IMG/VR virus record: IMGVR_UViG_3300037466_003234
Reading direction: 5' to 3' (one strand)
Source: a virus
Lineage: Duplodnaviria > Heunggongvirae > Uroviricota > Caudoviricetes
Length of the DNA stretch: 64,000 bases
Of this stretch, positions 17,613 to 26,643 are shown one piece after another. A program made the position numbers and the translations under genes. The notes beneath the pieces are model-generated. The model saw only the letters and a list, made by a program, of their open reading frames with translations, was not told where the DNA came from and searched no databases. Every line of letters begins with the position of its first letter. Position 1 is the first letter of the stretch.

Positions 17613-19808
17613 TTAAGCAACACCCATTAGCTGACGATCAACTTCGAGAGCGCTCGTGGATTGCACGACGCCGACCTTGAAGATCGCCTGGCCCGCTGTA
17701 GAAGGAGCGGTTACGCTGAATGCACCAGACGCAGCCAAGTAAACTGGCTTGCCGATGTCTCCAGCGTCAAATGCGGTGTCAGCAGAGGCTAGAGTGTATG
17801 GGCCGAGGAGGTAAACCTTAATGGTTCCGCCTGCGGATACAGCGCTAGCTGATACTGCGAGACCGACTACATGGAACTTATCTGCGCTAGAGGCATCGAT
17901 ATCTGCCTTATAGACGCGGCCTGCGGTTTCACCCGACATAGCCATACGAACTGCGAACGTGGTGTTTGCTGCGAAAGCTTCGCCAGCAACCATGTTAACA
18001 GCAACGCTCTGAGCCGAACCTGCGCCAGCTTCGAGGCTGTCGATACGTGCATCGAGAGCGCTCTCTGCAGCTTCAGCGCGGCTGACTTCAGCATCGATAT
18101 TCGACTGGAGAGTCGTATCAGCAGCTTCGCGAGCAGATTGTTCAGCAGAAACAGCAGCTTCGCGGTCAGCGATCTCCGTGTCGATGCGTCCGCCTAGAGC
18201 GGTATCGGCAGCTGCGCGAGCAGATGCTTCGGCATCGATGTTCGACTGAAGGGTCGTGTCAGCGTTAGCGCGGGCAGTAGCTTCAGCGGAAACTGCAGCG
18301 GTACGATCGCTGATCTCTGTGTCGATTCTTGCGCCGAGGGCAGTGTCAGCAGAGGCGCGAGCCGATGCTTCTGCGGTAACGGCAGCTTGGCGATCAGAGA
18401 TTTCCGTGTCAATACGGCCACCGAGAGCGGTGTCTGCAGCGGCGCGAGCGGTAGCTTCGGAGCTATCAGCGGCAGCGCGAGCGGCAGCTTCAGCAGCGAG
18501 GTTGCCTACGAGCTTAGCAATAGCAAGCTGGATCGAGTCTCCAGAAGCTACGGTGCCAGTCGTCGATGCAAATCCGGCAGCAAGGGAGATGCCGGTTGCG
18601 AGAGACCAGTCCATGTCACCGACCTTAATAAGGTCAGCGCCAGTGTAAGCCCAAATTGCAACACCTTCCTGAGTGTTTGGACTATCAGGAAGATCGTTCA
18701 TGACTAGGAAGGTATGGCCAGAAGCTAGAGCTTCAACTCCAGCCGTGGTTACCTTGAGGGTTCCAGCGTCGTCGTAGATCTTGAAGATCTTAGAAGAAGC
18801 GCCGTTCTTGCTAAGGAGGTATTCGCCATCAGCGAAATCTCCGATTGCCATCGTAGGAGCATCGTCATCGCTGAAAGGTAGAAGGGAAGCGAGGGCGGTG
18901 CCGTCTGCGGCAGCGTTTAGGTCAGCATCAGAAGTTGCTGCAATTGCACCTGGGCGCCATGAGAGGCCGCTTGCGGATGCGTTAATAGAGCTTTGAAGTG
19001 CAGCTTCAGCGGTTTGAGCGCGAGAAACTTCAGCATCAATTGCGCTTTGGAGGTCAGCTTCAGCAGCTTCAGCGCGGGTTTGTTCAGCGCTAATCGCGTT
19101 AGCGTTGGTCGTATCGGCAGCTGCGCGAGCAGATGCTTCAGCGTCCAATTGACCCTTATTAACAGCGTCGTGCGTAGCGGAGCCGTCGGTGACGTTGATA
19201 ACCTTATGGCTACCAGCGTCGAGGTCTGCGGTCATTGCGCGAGAGCCATCGAGCTTGAGGAAGGTTAGATCAGCAGCAGCACGAGCAGAAGCTTCTGCGT
19301 CGATGTTCGACTGCAAAGTCGTATCTGCGCTTGCGCGAGCAGACGCTTCAGCATCGATATTCGATTGAAGGGTAGATTCTGCACCTTCAGCGCGAGTTTG
19401 TTCGGCACTGATTGCGGATGCGTTAGTGCTGTCAGCAGCTTGGCGAGCAGCGATCTCTGCGCCAATAGCGCTGTCGATGCCAGACAATGCACCCTTAACG
19501 GTTGCGGCAGCTGGAGTAATGTTGGTATAGCTTGCGTCGTCGCCAACTAGCTTAGAGCCAGCGGAGCCAGAAACAGCTGATTGGATTTCCGTCTTCTTGA
19601 AATAACGGCCATCGTGGGTATGTGCATTCGTACCGTCAGCGAAATCCGAGCCATTTTGAAGAGCAATCAAATTGCCCAAAATAGCGTTCGTAAGAACGTT
19701 TCCGCTATTGCCGATCTGCAATGAGCCTACGACGAGGTTATTAGCAGACAAATCAACTGCGCGTTGAACGCCATTGATAAGTTGTGTAAGTTTTGTGATA
19801 TTAGCCAC
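17613..19808 (-). CDS. Ala-rich coiled-coil fibre/decoration protein with a YadA-like stalk motif (GTG start)
   Basis: 18-aa repeats AEASARAAADTTLQSNID; NVTDGSATHDAVNKGQL neck motif; C-terminal cement-like domain. Confidence 0.7.
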   Translation of the reverse strand: MANITKLTQLINGVQRAVDLSANNLVVGSLQIGNSGNVLTNAILGNLIALQNGSDFADGTNAHTHDGRYFKKTEIQSAVSGSAGSKLVGDDASYTNITPAAATVKGALSGIDSAIGAEIAARQAADSTNASAISAEQTRAEGAESTLQSNIDAEASARASADTTLQSNIDAEASARAAADLTFLKLDGSRAMTADLDAGSHKVINVTDGSATHDAVNKGQLDAEASARAAADTTNANAISAEQTRAEAAEADLQSAIDAEVSRAQTAEAALQSSINASASGLSWRPGAIAATSDADLNAAADGTALASLLPFSDDDAPTMAIGDFADGEYLLSKNGASSKIFKIYDDAGTLKVTTAGVEALASGHTFLVMNDLPDSPNTQEGVAIWAYTGADLIKVGDMDWSLATGISLAAGFASTTGTVASGDSIQLAIAKLVGNLAAEAAARAAADSSEATARAAADTALGGRIDTEISDRQAAVTAEASARASADTALGARIDTEISDRTAAVSAEATARANADTTLQSNIDAEASARAAADTALGGRIDTEIADREAAVSAEQSAREAADTTLQSNIDAEVSRAEAAESALDARIDSLEAGAGSAQSVAVNMVAGEAFAANTTFAVRMAMSGETAGRVYKADIDASSADKFHVVGLAVSASAVSAGGTIKVYLLGPYTLASADTAFDAGDIGKPVYLAASGAFSVTAPSTAGQAIFKVGVVQSTSALEVDRQLMGVA

Positions 19809-19897
19809 GTTAAGATCCTTCCTTCTTGACTATGTTTCAGGGATTAGACGTGTTTGCCCAATGCCCGATCCCTGTTAATAAGATTAATTCCGCCGGT

Positions 19898-20161
19898 TTA
19901 CTTGGCGGCAGATTTCTTTGATTTGCCCTTAGCCTTCTTACCTTTATTGATTGCTTCCGGGGCCTCGGAACCATGATTTTCTTGAACAATTTTAGTTGCT
20001 TCTTCGATAACGATTTGCATCTTGCAGGTAACGCCAAATTTTTCGAGTAGAAGATTGGCTTCCGTTACTGCCCTTGCGGTAATCGCGTTGATTTTCTGGC
20101 CTAGCTCAGCTGAGAGCGCGTCCACTTCTTTTTTGCTCATTTTCTCAATATTCTTTTCCAT
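19898..20161 (-). CDS. Hypothetical 87-aa protein with basic tail
   Basis: Co-oriented in the structural operon; AAGG RBS. Confidence 0.6.
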   Translation of the reverse strand: MEKNIEKMSKKEVDALSAELGQKINAITARAVTEANLLLEKFGVTCKMQIVIEEATKIVQENHGSEAPEAINKGKKAKGKSKKSAAK

Positions 20162-20171
20162 ATACGTATCC

Positions 20172-20618
20172 TTATAATTGACCTACGAGTTCCTTGCAGA
20201 GCTGTAGATCTTTTTGTGAAGAGTCAAATTCGTTAGGAACCACCACGCCAACGAAAATAACGAAACATCCTTCTGTCCATCCTGAAACCGTTAAATCAGG
20301 CTTAACATTTGTAAGAGAACCGTCGTAATTAATCCAAAGTGTGTCGCCGATATTGAAAGGTGTAGTAATATTCTCAAGTCTTCCACCGCTAATAACGGAG
20401 CCATACGCTCCAGATGGAATCGCATATAATGTGAAGCCAACCATCGATTCGACTGCGACTTCATTCTTAACGTCTACTGGTAAAATTTGACCGGAAGAGT
20501 TTGCGTATACAGGAGTGGCTTGGGCCATAGATGAGTTTGAGCCATTCTGATAGTTGGTCTCAAGTCTACGAGAGCCTGCTTTTGCAGATTTACCTCTGTA
20601 GTTAGGCGAGTACGACAT
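20172..20618 (-). CDS. Putative capsid cement/decoration-like protein (148 aa)
   Basis: Homologous by eye to domains in the 588-aa and 731-aa neighbours (GxVxxA...G...GDxxW/YL...GxL...P...VGVV). Confidence 0.5.
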   Translation of the reverse strand: MSYSPNYRGKSAKAGSRRLETNYQNGSNSSMAQATPVYANSSGQILPVDVKNEVAVESMVGFTLYAIPSGAYGSVISGGRLENITTPFNIGDTLWINYDGSLTNVKPDLTVSGWTEGCFVIFVGVVVPNEFDSSQKDLQLCKELVGQL

Positions 20619-20628
20619 CTACCTCTCC

Positions 20629-23271
20629 TTAGAAGATGTTCCATTCAGTACCGGTGCTGATGATAGAAAAAGATTCGTACTGAGTGGTCGAGATCTGCGC
20701 GTTTTGGCCGTCAATAACTTCGGTTCCATGCGCCTGGATCGTCATGAGGTTGCTTGTGGAGTCAATTTTCTTGAAGTAGAAAATCTTACCGACAACCGTG
20801 GATGCAGGAGGGAGAGTGAAAGTAACGTCGTTAGACGAACAGTCTGCGCGTAGGAAGCAATCCATGTTCGTAACGGTATAGTCGCCATTTTTAGTCGAAA
20901 TGGAAACTGGTCCACCGGCTGCGTCTGGACCTGGAGGGCCTGCTGGACCTGGCATACCTTGAGGGCCTTGCTCGCCGCCACCGCCACCAGCGCCGGCTCC
21001 GCCGCCACCGAAGGTGAATTCGAGTTCGTCGCCATCAACTAGGTCGATAAGGGTTTCAATGACGTTACTTGGAGCGTCGGTTGAGCCAACTTCAGCGTAA
21101 TCAACGTCAACGACAAGTTTTTGACCGTTTAAGAAGACTTGAAGCTTTCCACTTCCAACAGCGTAAGCGACTGGCTGGCCACCTTCGCGGGAGTTATTAG
21201 GAAGAGTGATCGTATCACCGCTCGTCATGTCGGTCGTGATCGAAACGGTTTCGTCGTAGCCAGGAGTTTCTAGCGCAGCGTTAAGTTCGCCAATAGCGTC
21301 GTCGAGCTTCTTGATCGCAAGAGTGAGATTATCTCCGTCTTGGATTGCGAAGTTACCAATTCCAACGCCGTTACGAGCAACAGCCAATGAGAATGGAGCG
21401 CCAAGGTCGAAATTAGCTGGGGCAGCCGTTGCGCCGGCAGAGTTATTCGTAACCGTGAGAATATCTGCGACTTGAGTTGCCGTAAAGTCACCAAAATAGG
21501 TGCCATTCAAGACGTTCATCAACGAGGTAGCAACGTCTGTTGCCGATTGGCCGGTCGTTACTGGCCATTCAAGACCTGTCGAGTGAACGTTTGGCTTAGG
21601 ATCAGTGCCAGAACCGTCTTTGTTTACCCAAACATAATACTTTCTGTTGTTTCCAGAGGAGTAAATGTAGAAGTATTGGTTTGAGCTTACGCTTGCAGCG
21701 TCGCCAACTCTGATCTGCGTAACTTGGGCTGCAGCAGAGGTGTTAAGCGCGTAAACATATTGAGGCTTCGATGCGGACTCGATAGGCGAGCCCACGTATT
21801 GAAGGAGGTTCTTTGGAACGTTATCGGAAATGTCTTCCGATTCACCTTGAGAGATTTCAGTTCCAAGGAAGCGAATGTAGACGCGAGCGACTGAGCCACC
21901 GTTGTCAGAGCGAAGGAATAGCCAGAAAACGTCTTCACCCTTTGGCACATCCTTACGATCAGCGATGTAGATGTGGCGAGAGGTGTTAGGAGTAGGGGAA
22001 GTCGAGTATTTGCCGAAAGCGTACTTAGCCTTTGCGCCAGTAACGCCAGTCGAATCGCCTTGATATGGCTCGACAAGGGTAATTTGAGTCAAGCTATCAA
22101 CGCTTTGGATCTGGTAATAGCCAGCATCGGTGTCAGATCCAAGCTTAATCCAGTCGCCAGCTTGAAGAGGTGCCGTCCAAGCAACGTTACCGACAGAAGT
22201 AATGATCGGGCTTGAGTTCGTAAAGACGAGGTTTGGTGTAACGGTTACACCGCGAACGAGCGTAATGTAGGCAGCCTTGTCGTCAGTAAGGGTAATGTCG
22301 GTCGAGCTTGCGTTTGCAACGAGAGTGTAAGCAAGTCGAGATCCGATAACACGGATTTCGATGTCTTCATCCCAGTTAATTTGACCTGCAGTTTCTTGGG
22401 CGTGCGTGATAGATCCACGGCCAGTAATAACCGTGTTTCCAAGGTCTTCGCGGATCGACTCAAGAGATCCAGAGGAAGACTGAGAATACCAATAGGTAGT
22501 TCCCTTGACTTCCTTGATGGAGGTCATGATCGCGTCCATCCACTCCTTCAAGCTTCCGATAGCTTTATCTCCGCCGTAGAATGGATCGACACTGTTAGAA
22601 GAAGAGTTTGAAGGGTTTTCAGAGCGGCCTTGGGTCCAGCTGAACTCATTGAATGGGTCTGAGTTAAAGCCACCCTTTCCTAGGCGACCAAAGAGTGGGC
22701 GGCAGTCATCAACAAGTACGACGTTATTCCCGGCATCGGTGACGACCATAGCGATCGGCATGACGTTTGAGGCAGGAATGGAGGTCGAGATCTTAATGCG
22801 GTAGCGAAGGATGGTTGCGCGAGGGGCGTTTTTGGTCGTTTCGTTATTGGTCGTAGGGTTCCAGAGATAGACCTGGGCAGAGGTCGCATCATCAATATAA
22901 CGTTCGTATTCTAGACCAATATAGTTAACGGCGGATGGGGCAAAAGCGCCGTCAACGATCGTATTTGTGGCCGAATTGAGCTGCTGAGGGGCGGTTCCAC
23001 TTGGGACGAGATAGAAGGTACCGGATTGACTGGAATTAACGTGAAGGATCGCGCCTGGATCGACGGTCATTTGAAGACCGGACGCAGCTCCGCCGATAGC
23101 GCCAGCCATCGAAATCGTAAAGCCACGCATGATGTAACCATTGCCAGTTCCGGTTAGAACTGCTTGAATTACTTGATCAAAATCGTTAGACGCAGCCGAT
23201 TCGACCGAGCGCATGTCGGGCGTATCTACACGCTGTTGTGATAACCAATTAACTCTACGTTGGACGGCCAT
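20629..23271 (-). CDS. Multidomain virion protein (baseplate/proximal fibre-like) with a short collagen-like segment
   Basis: GEQGPQGMPGPAGPPGP collagen triplets; C-terminal TFTLPPAS..KKID..TI..IDG fibre domain; LQVFLNGQKL..DY..GDEL domain. Confidence 0.65.
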   Translation of the reverse strand: MAVQRRVNWLSQQRVDTPDMRSVESAASNDFDQVIQAVLTGTGNGYIMRGFTISMAGAIGGAASGLQMTVDPGAILHVNSSQSGTFYLVPSGTAPQQLNSATNTIVDGAFAPSAVNYIGLEYERYIDDATSAQVYLWNPTTNNETTKNAPRATILRYRIKISTSIPASNVMPIAMVVTDAGNNVVLVDDCRPLFGRLGKGGFNSDPFNEFSWTQGRSENPSNSSSNSVDPFYGGDKAIGSLKEWMDAIMTSIKEVKGTTYWYSQSSSGSLESIREDLGNTVITGRGSITHAQETAGQINWDEDIEIRVIGSRLAYTLVANASSTDITLTDDKAAYITLVRGVTVTPNLVFTNSSPIITSVGNVAWTAPLQAGDWIKLGSDTDAGYYQIQSVDSLTQITLVEPYQGDSTGVTGAKAKYAFGKYSTSPTPNTSRHIYIADRKDVPKGEDVFWLFLRSDNGGSVARVYIRFLGTEISQGESEDISDNVPKNLLQYVGSPIESASKPQYVYALNTSAAAQVTQIRVGDAASVSSNQYFYIYSSGNNRKYYVWVNKDGSGTDPKPNVHSTGLEWPVTTGQSATDVATSLMNVLNGTYFGDFTATQVADILTVTNNSAGATAAPANFDLGAPFSLAVARNGVGIGNFAIQDGDNLTLAIKKLDDAIGELNAALETPGYDETVSITTDMTSGDTITLPNNSREGGQPVAYAVGSGKLQVFLNGQKLVVDVDYAEVGSTDAPSNVIETLIDLVDGDELEFTFGGGGAGAGGGGGEQGPQGMPGPAGPPGPDAAGGPVSISTKNGDYTVTNMDCFLRADCSSNDVTFTLPPASTVVGKIFYFKKIDSTSNLMTIQAHGTEVIDGQNAQISTTQYESFSIISTGTEWNIF

Positions 23272-23290
23272 TCTCGTTTGCCCTTTACTG

Positions 23291-23390
23291 GATAAGATCT
23301 TATCTCATTAAAGATTATGGGTTCGCGATCCCTGCTTTTATTGTTATATATCGCAAATAAGGATTTAAGGTTTGCAGGGCGCAATCTTTA
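23291..23390. promoter_or_regulatory. Divergent control region: palindrome, two late-type motifs and an AAATAAGG repeat
   Basis: GATAAGATCTTATC palindrome 23291-23304; CCCATAATCTTTA on (-) 23309-23321; AAATAAGGATTTAAGG 23355-23370; CAATCTTTA on (+) 23382-23390. Confidence 0.55.
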
Positions 23391-23421
23391 GGATATACTC
23401 TTATAAACAAGGAGACTTCCC

Positions 23422-23811
23422 TTGGGCAAAAGTAGACGTGGTAATAAGGAATTTACGAGAGAGCAGCGCCTAATCAAGGAGAATCGTCAATTAAAACAAC
23501 AAGTTAGTCAATTACGCAAACAATTGGCCAGGTTAGACTTGGACCGTTATGAAACGGTCAGAGAAATGATTGAAGAGCGCCGCCAAGAAGACAGGGTGGA
23601 AAGTGCTCAGGATCTACTTGATTCTCTTAAACAAAAATGGGCCTGTAAAGAACCTGGCTGCCAAGGATACCTAGAAATTACCGTCTATAGCAAACTCGGG
23701 CAGCCTTGGTATTTCAGAAAATGCACAGAATGCCCAAATCGTACCGTAGCCAAGAAATATACCCCTGAAGTTAAGGGTATCGTTAAGTCCTCTGAACCTA
23801 AAGAAAGTTAA
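23422..23811 (+). CDS. Coiled-coil + Zn-ribbon protein (TTG start)
   Basis: AAGGAG RBS; N-terminal coiled coil; CKEPGC...CTEC. Confidence 0.65.
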   Translation: MGKSRRGNKEFTREQRLIKENRQLKQQVSQLRKQLARLDLDRYETVREMIEERRQEDRVESAQDLLDSLKQKWACKEPGCQGYLEITVYSKLGQPWYFRKCTECPNRTVAKKYTPEVKGIVKSSEPKES

Positions 23812-23814
23812 TAA

Positions 23815-24060
23815 ATGTCAAGATTTGAAGAAGGCACCGTCGTCATCTGCGCAACTGGACAAGCTGGAACCGTGATTGATGACCAAAATAAGGATAACTT
23901 GTGGGTTCTATTGGCAAACGGAAACATCTGGCACGGTGCAGAATTCCAATGTCGCGAGCCTCAAAGCCAAGAAGATCTTGACGCTTGCCCTCTTGACGTA
24001 GATCGCTTTGAAGAGCGCGAACGCGCCCCTCGCAAACTCCGCGATCGTTCTGACGATTGA
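23815..24060 (+). CDS. Hypothetical 81-aa protein
   Basis: Follows the previous gene by 3 nt; small beta-rich N-terminus. Confidence 0.6.
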   Translation: MSRFEEGTVVICATGQAGTVIDDQNKDNLWVLLANGNIWHGAEFQCREPQSQEDLDACPLDVDRFEERERAPRKLRDRSDD

Positions 24061-24085
24061 CAAATACCGACCTGCGCGATAGTAT
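24057..24085 (+). promoter_or_regulatory. Sigma70-type promoter, leaderless geometry
   Basis: TTGACA-17-TAGTAT-6-ATG(24092). Confidence 0.75.
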
Positions 24086-24091
24086 TCTAAT

Positions 24092-24403
24092 ATGGATGCT
24101 ATCGTAGTCGCCAAAACTAAAGTCGTTATTAACAGAAAATTCGGAGGCTTCGGCCTTAGCCAGGATGCTTGGACGCGCCTAAAAGAGCTTGGATGCGAAT
24201 ACGGTCCTGAAACTGAATACGAAATGCCGCGACACCACCCTCTTCTCGTTCAGGTCGTAGAAGAGCTTGGAGCAAAAGCCAATGGCCCTTGCGCCAGACT
24301 CAAGGTTGTCGAAATTGAGCTATCTTATGAGGTTAGCGATTACGACGGAAAAGAAACCGTCGAGGTTAATGGCAATCTCTGGGACGGCGATAACTGGCGT
24401 TAA
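24092..24403 (+). CDS. Conserved phage hypothetical protein
   Basis: KVVINRKFGGFGLS...RHHPLLVQVVEELG..ANG...LKVVEI...YDGKETV is a recurrent phage family pattern. Confidence 0.7.
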   Translation: MDAIVVAKTKVVINRKFGGFGLSQDAWTRLKELGCEYGPETEYEMPRHHPLLVQVVEELGAKANGPCARLKVVEIELSYEVSDYDGKETVEVNGNLWDGDNWR

Positions 24404-25134
24404 GTTACCCAATACTTAGCGTATGGGTTTGTCATGTCGTGAGGCTGGTAATAAATTACCGCCACATCCTTCATGCCGTTTGGATAATCATTCCAAAGTC
24501 TTTTGAACCAAAAGATCGAGGCAATCCAGCACATAAGCGACACTGGTTTCATGGCCTGAATAAGGTGCCATGAGAGTCTGCGTGCGTCTGTATCGCCCTT
24601 ATCCGTTCCTTGGCAGCTGATTGCAATACATACTGCAGCGTAAAGGAACCATGGGAATGCAGCTAAGCGCACCAAATAATGGAGAGGATTGAGCTTGCTT
24701 GGGAAAGATGCGGCTACCAAGGCTGCAACTAGCTGAGACTGGCGCGGAAGAATGCTATTCAAAGACCACTTTCCATTGGATGGGTCGTTATCCATAAATC
24801 CAAAGTGCTCGAACATGCCTTTTAGGAGCGATCTAGGGATGTCGGTGATTCCCATCACTGCGCAAGCGCTTAGAACTCCGTAGTAGTCATCTGGACCTTC
24901 TTGGCCGGTCGGATACGGAGCGCGATTTAGAAGGTTGTCGTAAATGCAGGAAGAGATCTTCTTTACGTAGTCAGCCCTATCCTGCTCAGTCAACTGTCCG
25001 CTCTTTGCAAGCATGATGTAATACTCAGACGTAAACATAGGTCCATTGTCAGAACCTTGTCCTGGGCCTGCTGGATTTGGTGCGCAAAGACCATTTCCGT
25101 CGATATAAGCTGCCATTTCATCTCTAAGTGCCAT
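24400..25134 (-). CDS. Hypothetical alpha-helical protein (244 aa) under a late-type motif
   Basis: AAGGAG RBS; AATCTTA at 25152-25158 on the minus strand. Confidence 0.65.
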   Translation of the reverse strand: MALRDEMAAYIDGNGLCAPNPAGPGQGSDNGPMFTSEYYIMLAKSGQLTEQDRADYVKKISSCIYDNLLNRAPYPTGQEGPDDYYGVLSACAVMGITDIPRSLLKGMFEHFGFMDNDPSNGKWSLNSILPRQSQLVAALVAASFPSKLNPLHYLVRLAAFPWFLYAAVCIAISCQGTDKGDTDARRLSWHLIQAMKPVSLMCWIASIFWFKRLWNDYPNGMKDVAVIYYQPHDMTNPYAKYWVT

Positions 25135-25151
25135 ATAACGCTCCTTATCTA

Positions 25152-25207
25152 TAAGATTGCCGTTAATTCCTTATTTTCTTTACTTACATAAAACAGTCGG
25201 GTATTCT
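25152..25207. promoter_or_regulatory. Divergent promoter region: late motif (-) and sigma70 promoter (+)
   Basis: CAATCTTA on (-) 25152-25159; TTTACT-17-TATTCT on (+) 25179-25207; AAAATAAGGAATTAACGG on (-) 25160-25177. Confidence 0.55.
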
Positions 25208-25232
25208 GTTAATAGTTGAGTAAGGAGGTCTG

Positions 25233-25691
25233 ATGAATTTCGTTGCAATCATTCTCAAAGCCGCAAAGGCTGCCCAGGTTTCTGGAACGCTGCTTTTGGC
25301 GATCTGTGGACATGAAAGTATGGATTTCACGCTGAATTATTCAGCAAACGATAAGGGAACCCCAAGTTACGGCGTGTGCCAAGTGAAAGAAGGCACTGCG
25401 AGAATGCTTGGCTATAAAGGCCCTGCAAAGGATCTCAATAAGCCTGAACTTAGCGCAAAGTACGCTGGAATGTACTTAAAGTATCAAATTGAGCGTTATG
25501 GTGATCAAGACTGGTGTGTCTTGGCTGCCGCATATAACGCCGGATCATATAATGAGAGCCATAAGCTGCCTGGCTATCCTAGAAACCTTAAATATGTGCG
25601 TTTGGTCCAACAAAAGCTTGAAAAAGATTTGCAACCAAAATTATCGTGTGGTAAAACTGAAAATACGGAATTAGCTTACATACGCCAATAA
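25233..25691 (+). CDS. Lytic transglycosylase (SLT domain)
   Basis: AICGHES (catalytic Glu), SYGVCQV, AAAYNAG and YVRLV. Confidence 0.85.
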   Translation: MNFVAIILKAAKAAQVSGTLLLAICGHESMDFTLNYSANDKGTPSYGVCQVKEGTARMLGYKGPAKDLNKPELSAKYAGMYLKYQIERYGDQDWCVLAAAYNAGSYNESHKLPGYPRNLKYVRLVQQKLEKDLQPKLSCGKTENTELAYIRQ

Positions 25692-25721
25692 GGATTTTGG
25701 CGTTAACCCAAGGAAGGTCAA

Positions 25722-25862
25722 ATGCTGAAGTTTTTGTTAACGATGTTTTTGTTTGCCGTTTTGTTAATTGTTGCCGTAGCTGCTTTTTCGACAAAAGGTG
25801 CCTGCATCTCTTACGACAAGCAGTTTCAGAAGGTAACTCGGTGCTTTAAGATCGGAAGATAA
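25722..25862 (+). CDS. 46-aa membrane/secreted protein with two Cys (not in ORF track)
   Basis: MLKFLLTMFLFAVLLIVAVAAFSTKGACISYDKQFQKVTRCFKIGR*; AAGGAAGG RBS. Confidence 0.6.
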   Translation: MLKFLLTMFLFAVLLIVAVAAFSTKGACISYDKQFQKVTRCFKIGR

Positions 25863-25864
25863 TT

Positions 25865-26074
25865 ATGAAAGTCTACGTCGTTATTCATGGAGAAATTTAT
25901 CACGGCGGCTACGTCGTGGGCATCCGCGAAACGGAAGAAAGAGCACGCGAGCTTGCCCTTATGACCGAAACCCACTTTAAAGGTGGCTGGAAAGAAGACT
26001 TGGTTGACCGTAACTATTGGACTAACGGCGACTGCGACTATGTGATGGTTAAGGAATTTGAAGTGCTACCATGA
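25865..26074 (+). CDS. Hypothetical 69-aa phage protein
   Basis: MKVYVV...GIRETEERA pattern typical of small phage proteins. Confidence 0.65.
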   Translation: MKVYVVIHGEIYHGGYVVGIRETEERARELALMTETHFKGGWKEDLVDRNYWTNGDCDYVMVKEFEVLP

Positions 26075-26643
26075 ATGTTCTAGTGCTCGACTGCGAATAC
26101 AACCAACCTAGCGGCAAAACGATTCAGATCGGGGCAGCTGCGTTTGTTGCTCGTACCGGAGAGCTACTGGGAACTTTTGAAACATTCGTTAATCCTGGGG
26201 AGGTCATCAATCCTTTTATTGTTGACCTCACAGGAGTGACTGATCAGGATGTAATTAACGCCCCATCGATCAAAGAGGCGTATGAGATGCTAAAAGAGTT
26301 CCAGAAGAAGCATAAGTGCTTCATGAACCCAATTGTTTGGGGATCTGGATCTCGAAATGATAGTAATATGATCTGGATGGAAGCTTACCCTACCAAAGAA
26401 GAAAGGATCGTTAATCCTAACTTTATGGGCCATAGGGTAGTTGACGCTAAAGTCCTATACCAAAGCATGCAGATCTACAGAAATAAGACCATTAAAGGTG
26501 GGCTTCAGACGGTCTGCGAACGATTGGGAATTCCTTTCGATGGTCGCGCCCATACGGCGCTTGCAGATGCAATTAACACTTTTAAAGTTTGGTTTGAGCT
26601 TACCAAAATGCTCGACAGAGGCGAAAAAGAGGCAAAGAAATGA
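26071..26643 (+). CDS. DEDDh 3'-5' exonuclease (DnaQ-like)
   Basis: LVLDCEY (Exo I), IIQIGA-like TIQIGA, SRND (Exo II), AHTALADA (Exo III). Confidence 0.85.
   Translation: MNVLVLDCEYNQPSGKTIQIGAAAFVARTGELLGTFETFVNPGEVINPFIVDLTGVTDQDVINAPSIKEAYEMLKEFQKKHKCFMNPIVWGSGSRNDSNMIWMEAYPTKEERIVNPNFMGHRVVDAKVLYQSMQIYRNKTIKGGLQTVCERLGIPFDGRAHTALADAINTFKVWFELTKMLDRGEKEAKK

Noticed and set aside
16076-19460. CRISPR-like or non-coding repeat arrays
   Set aside because: All periodic sequence here is in-frame coding repeat without unique spacers; no cas genes.
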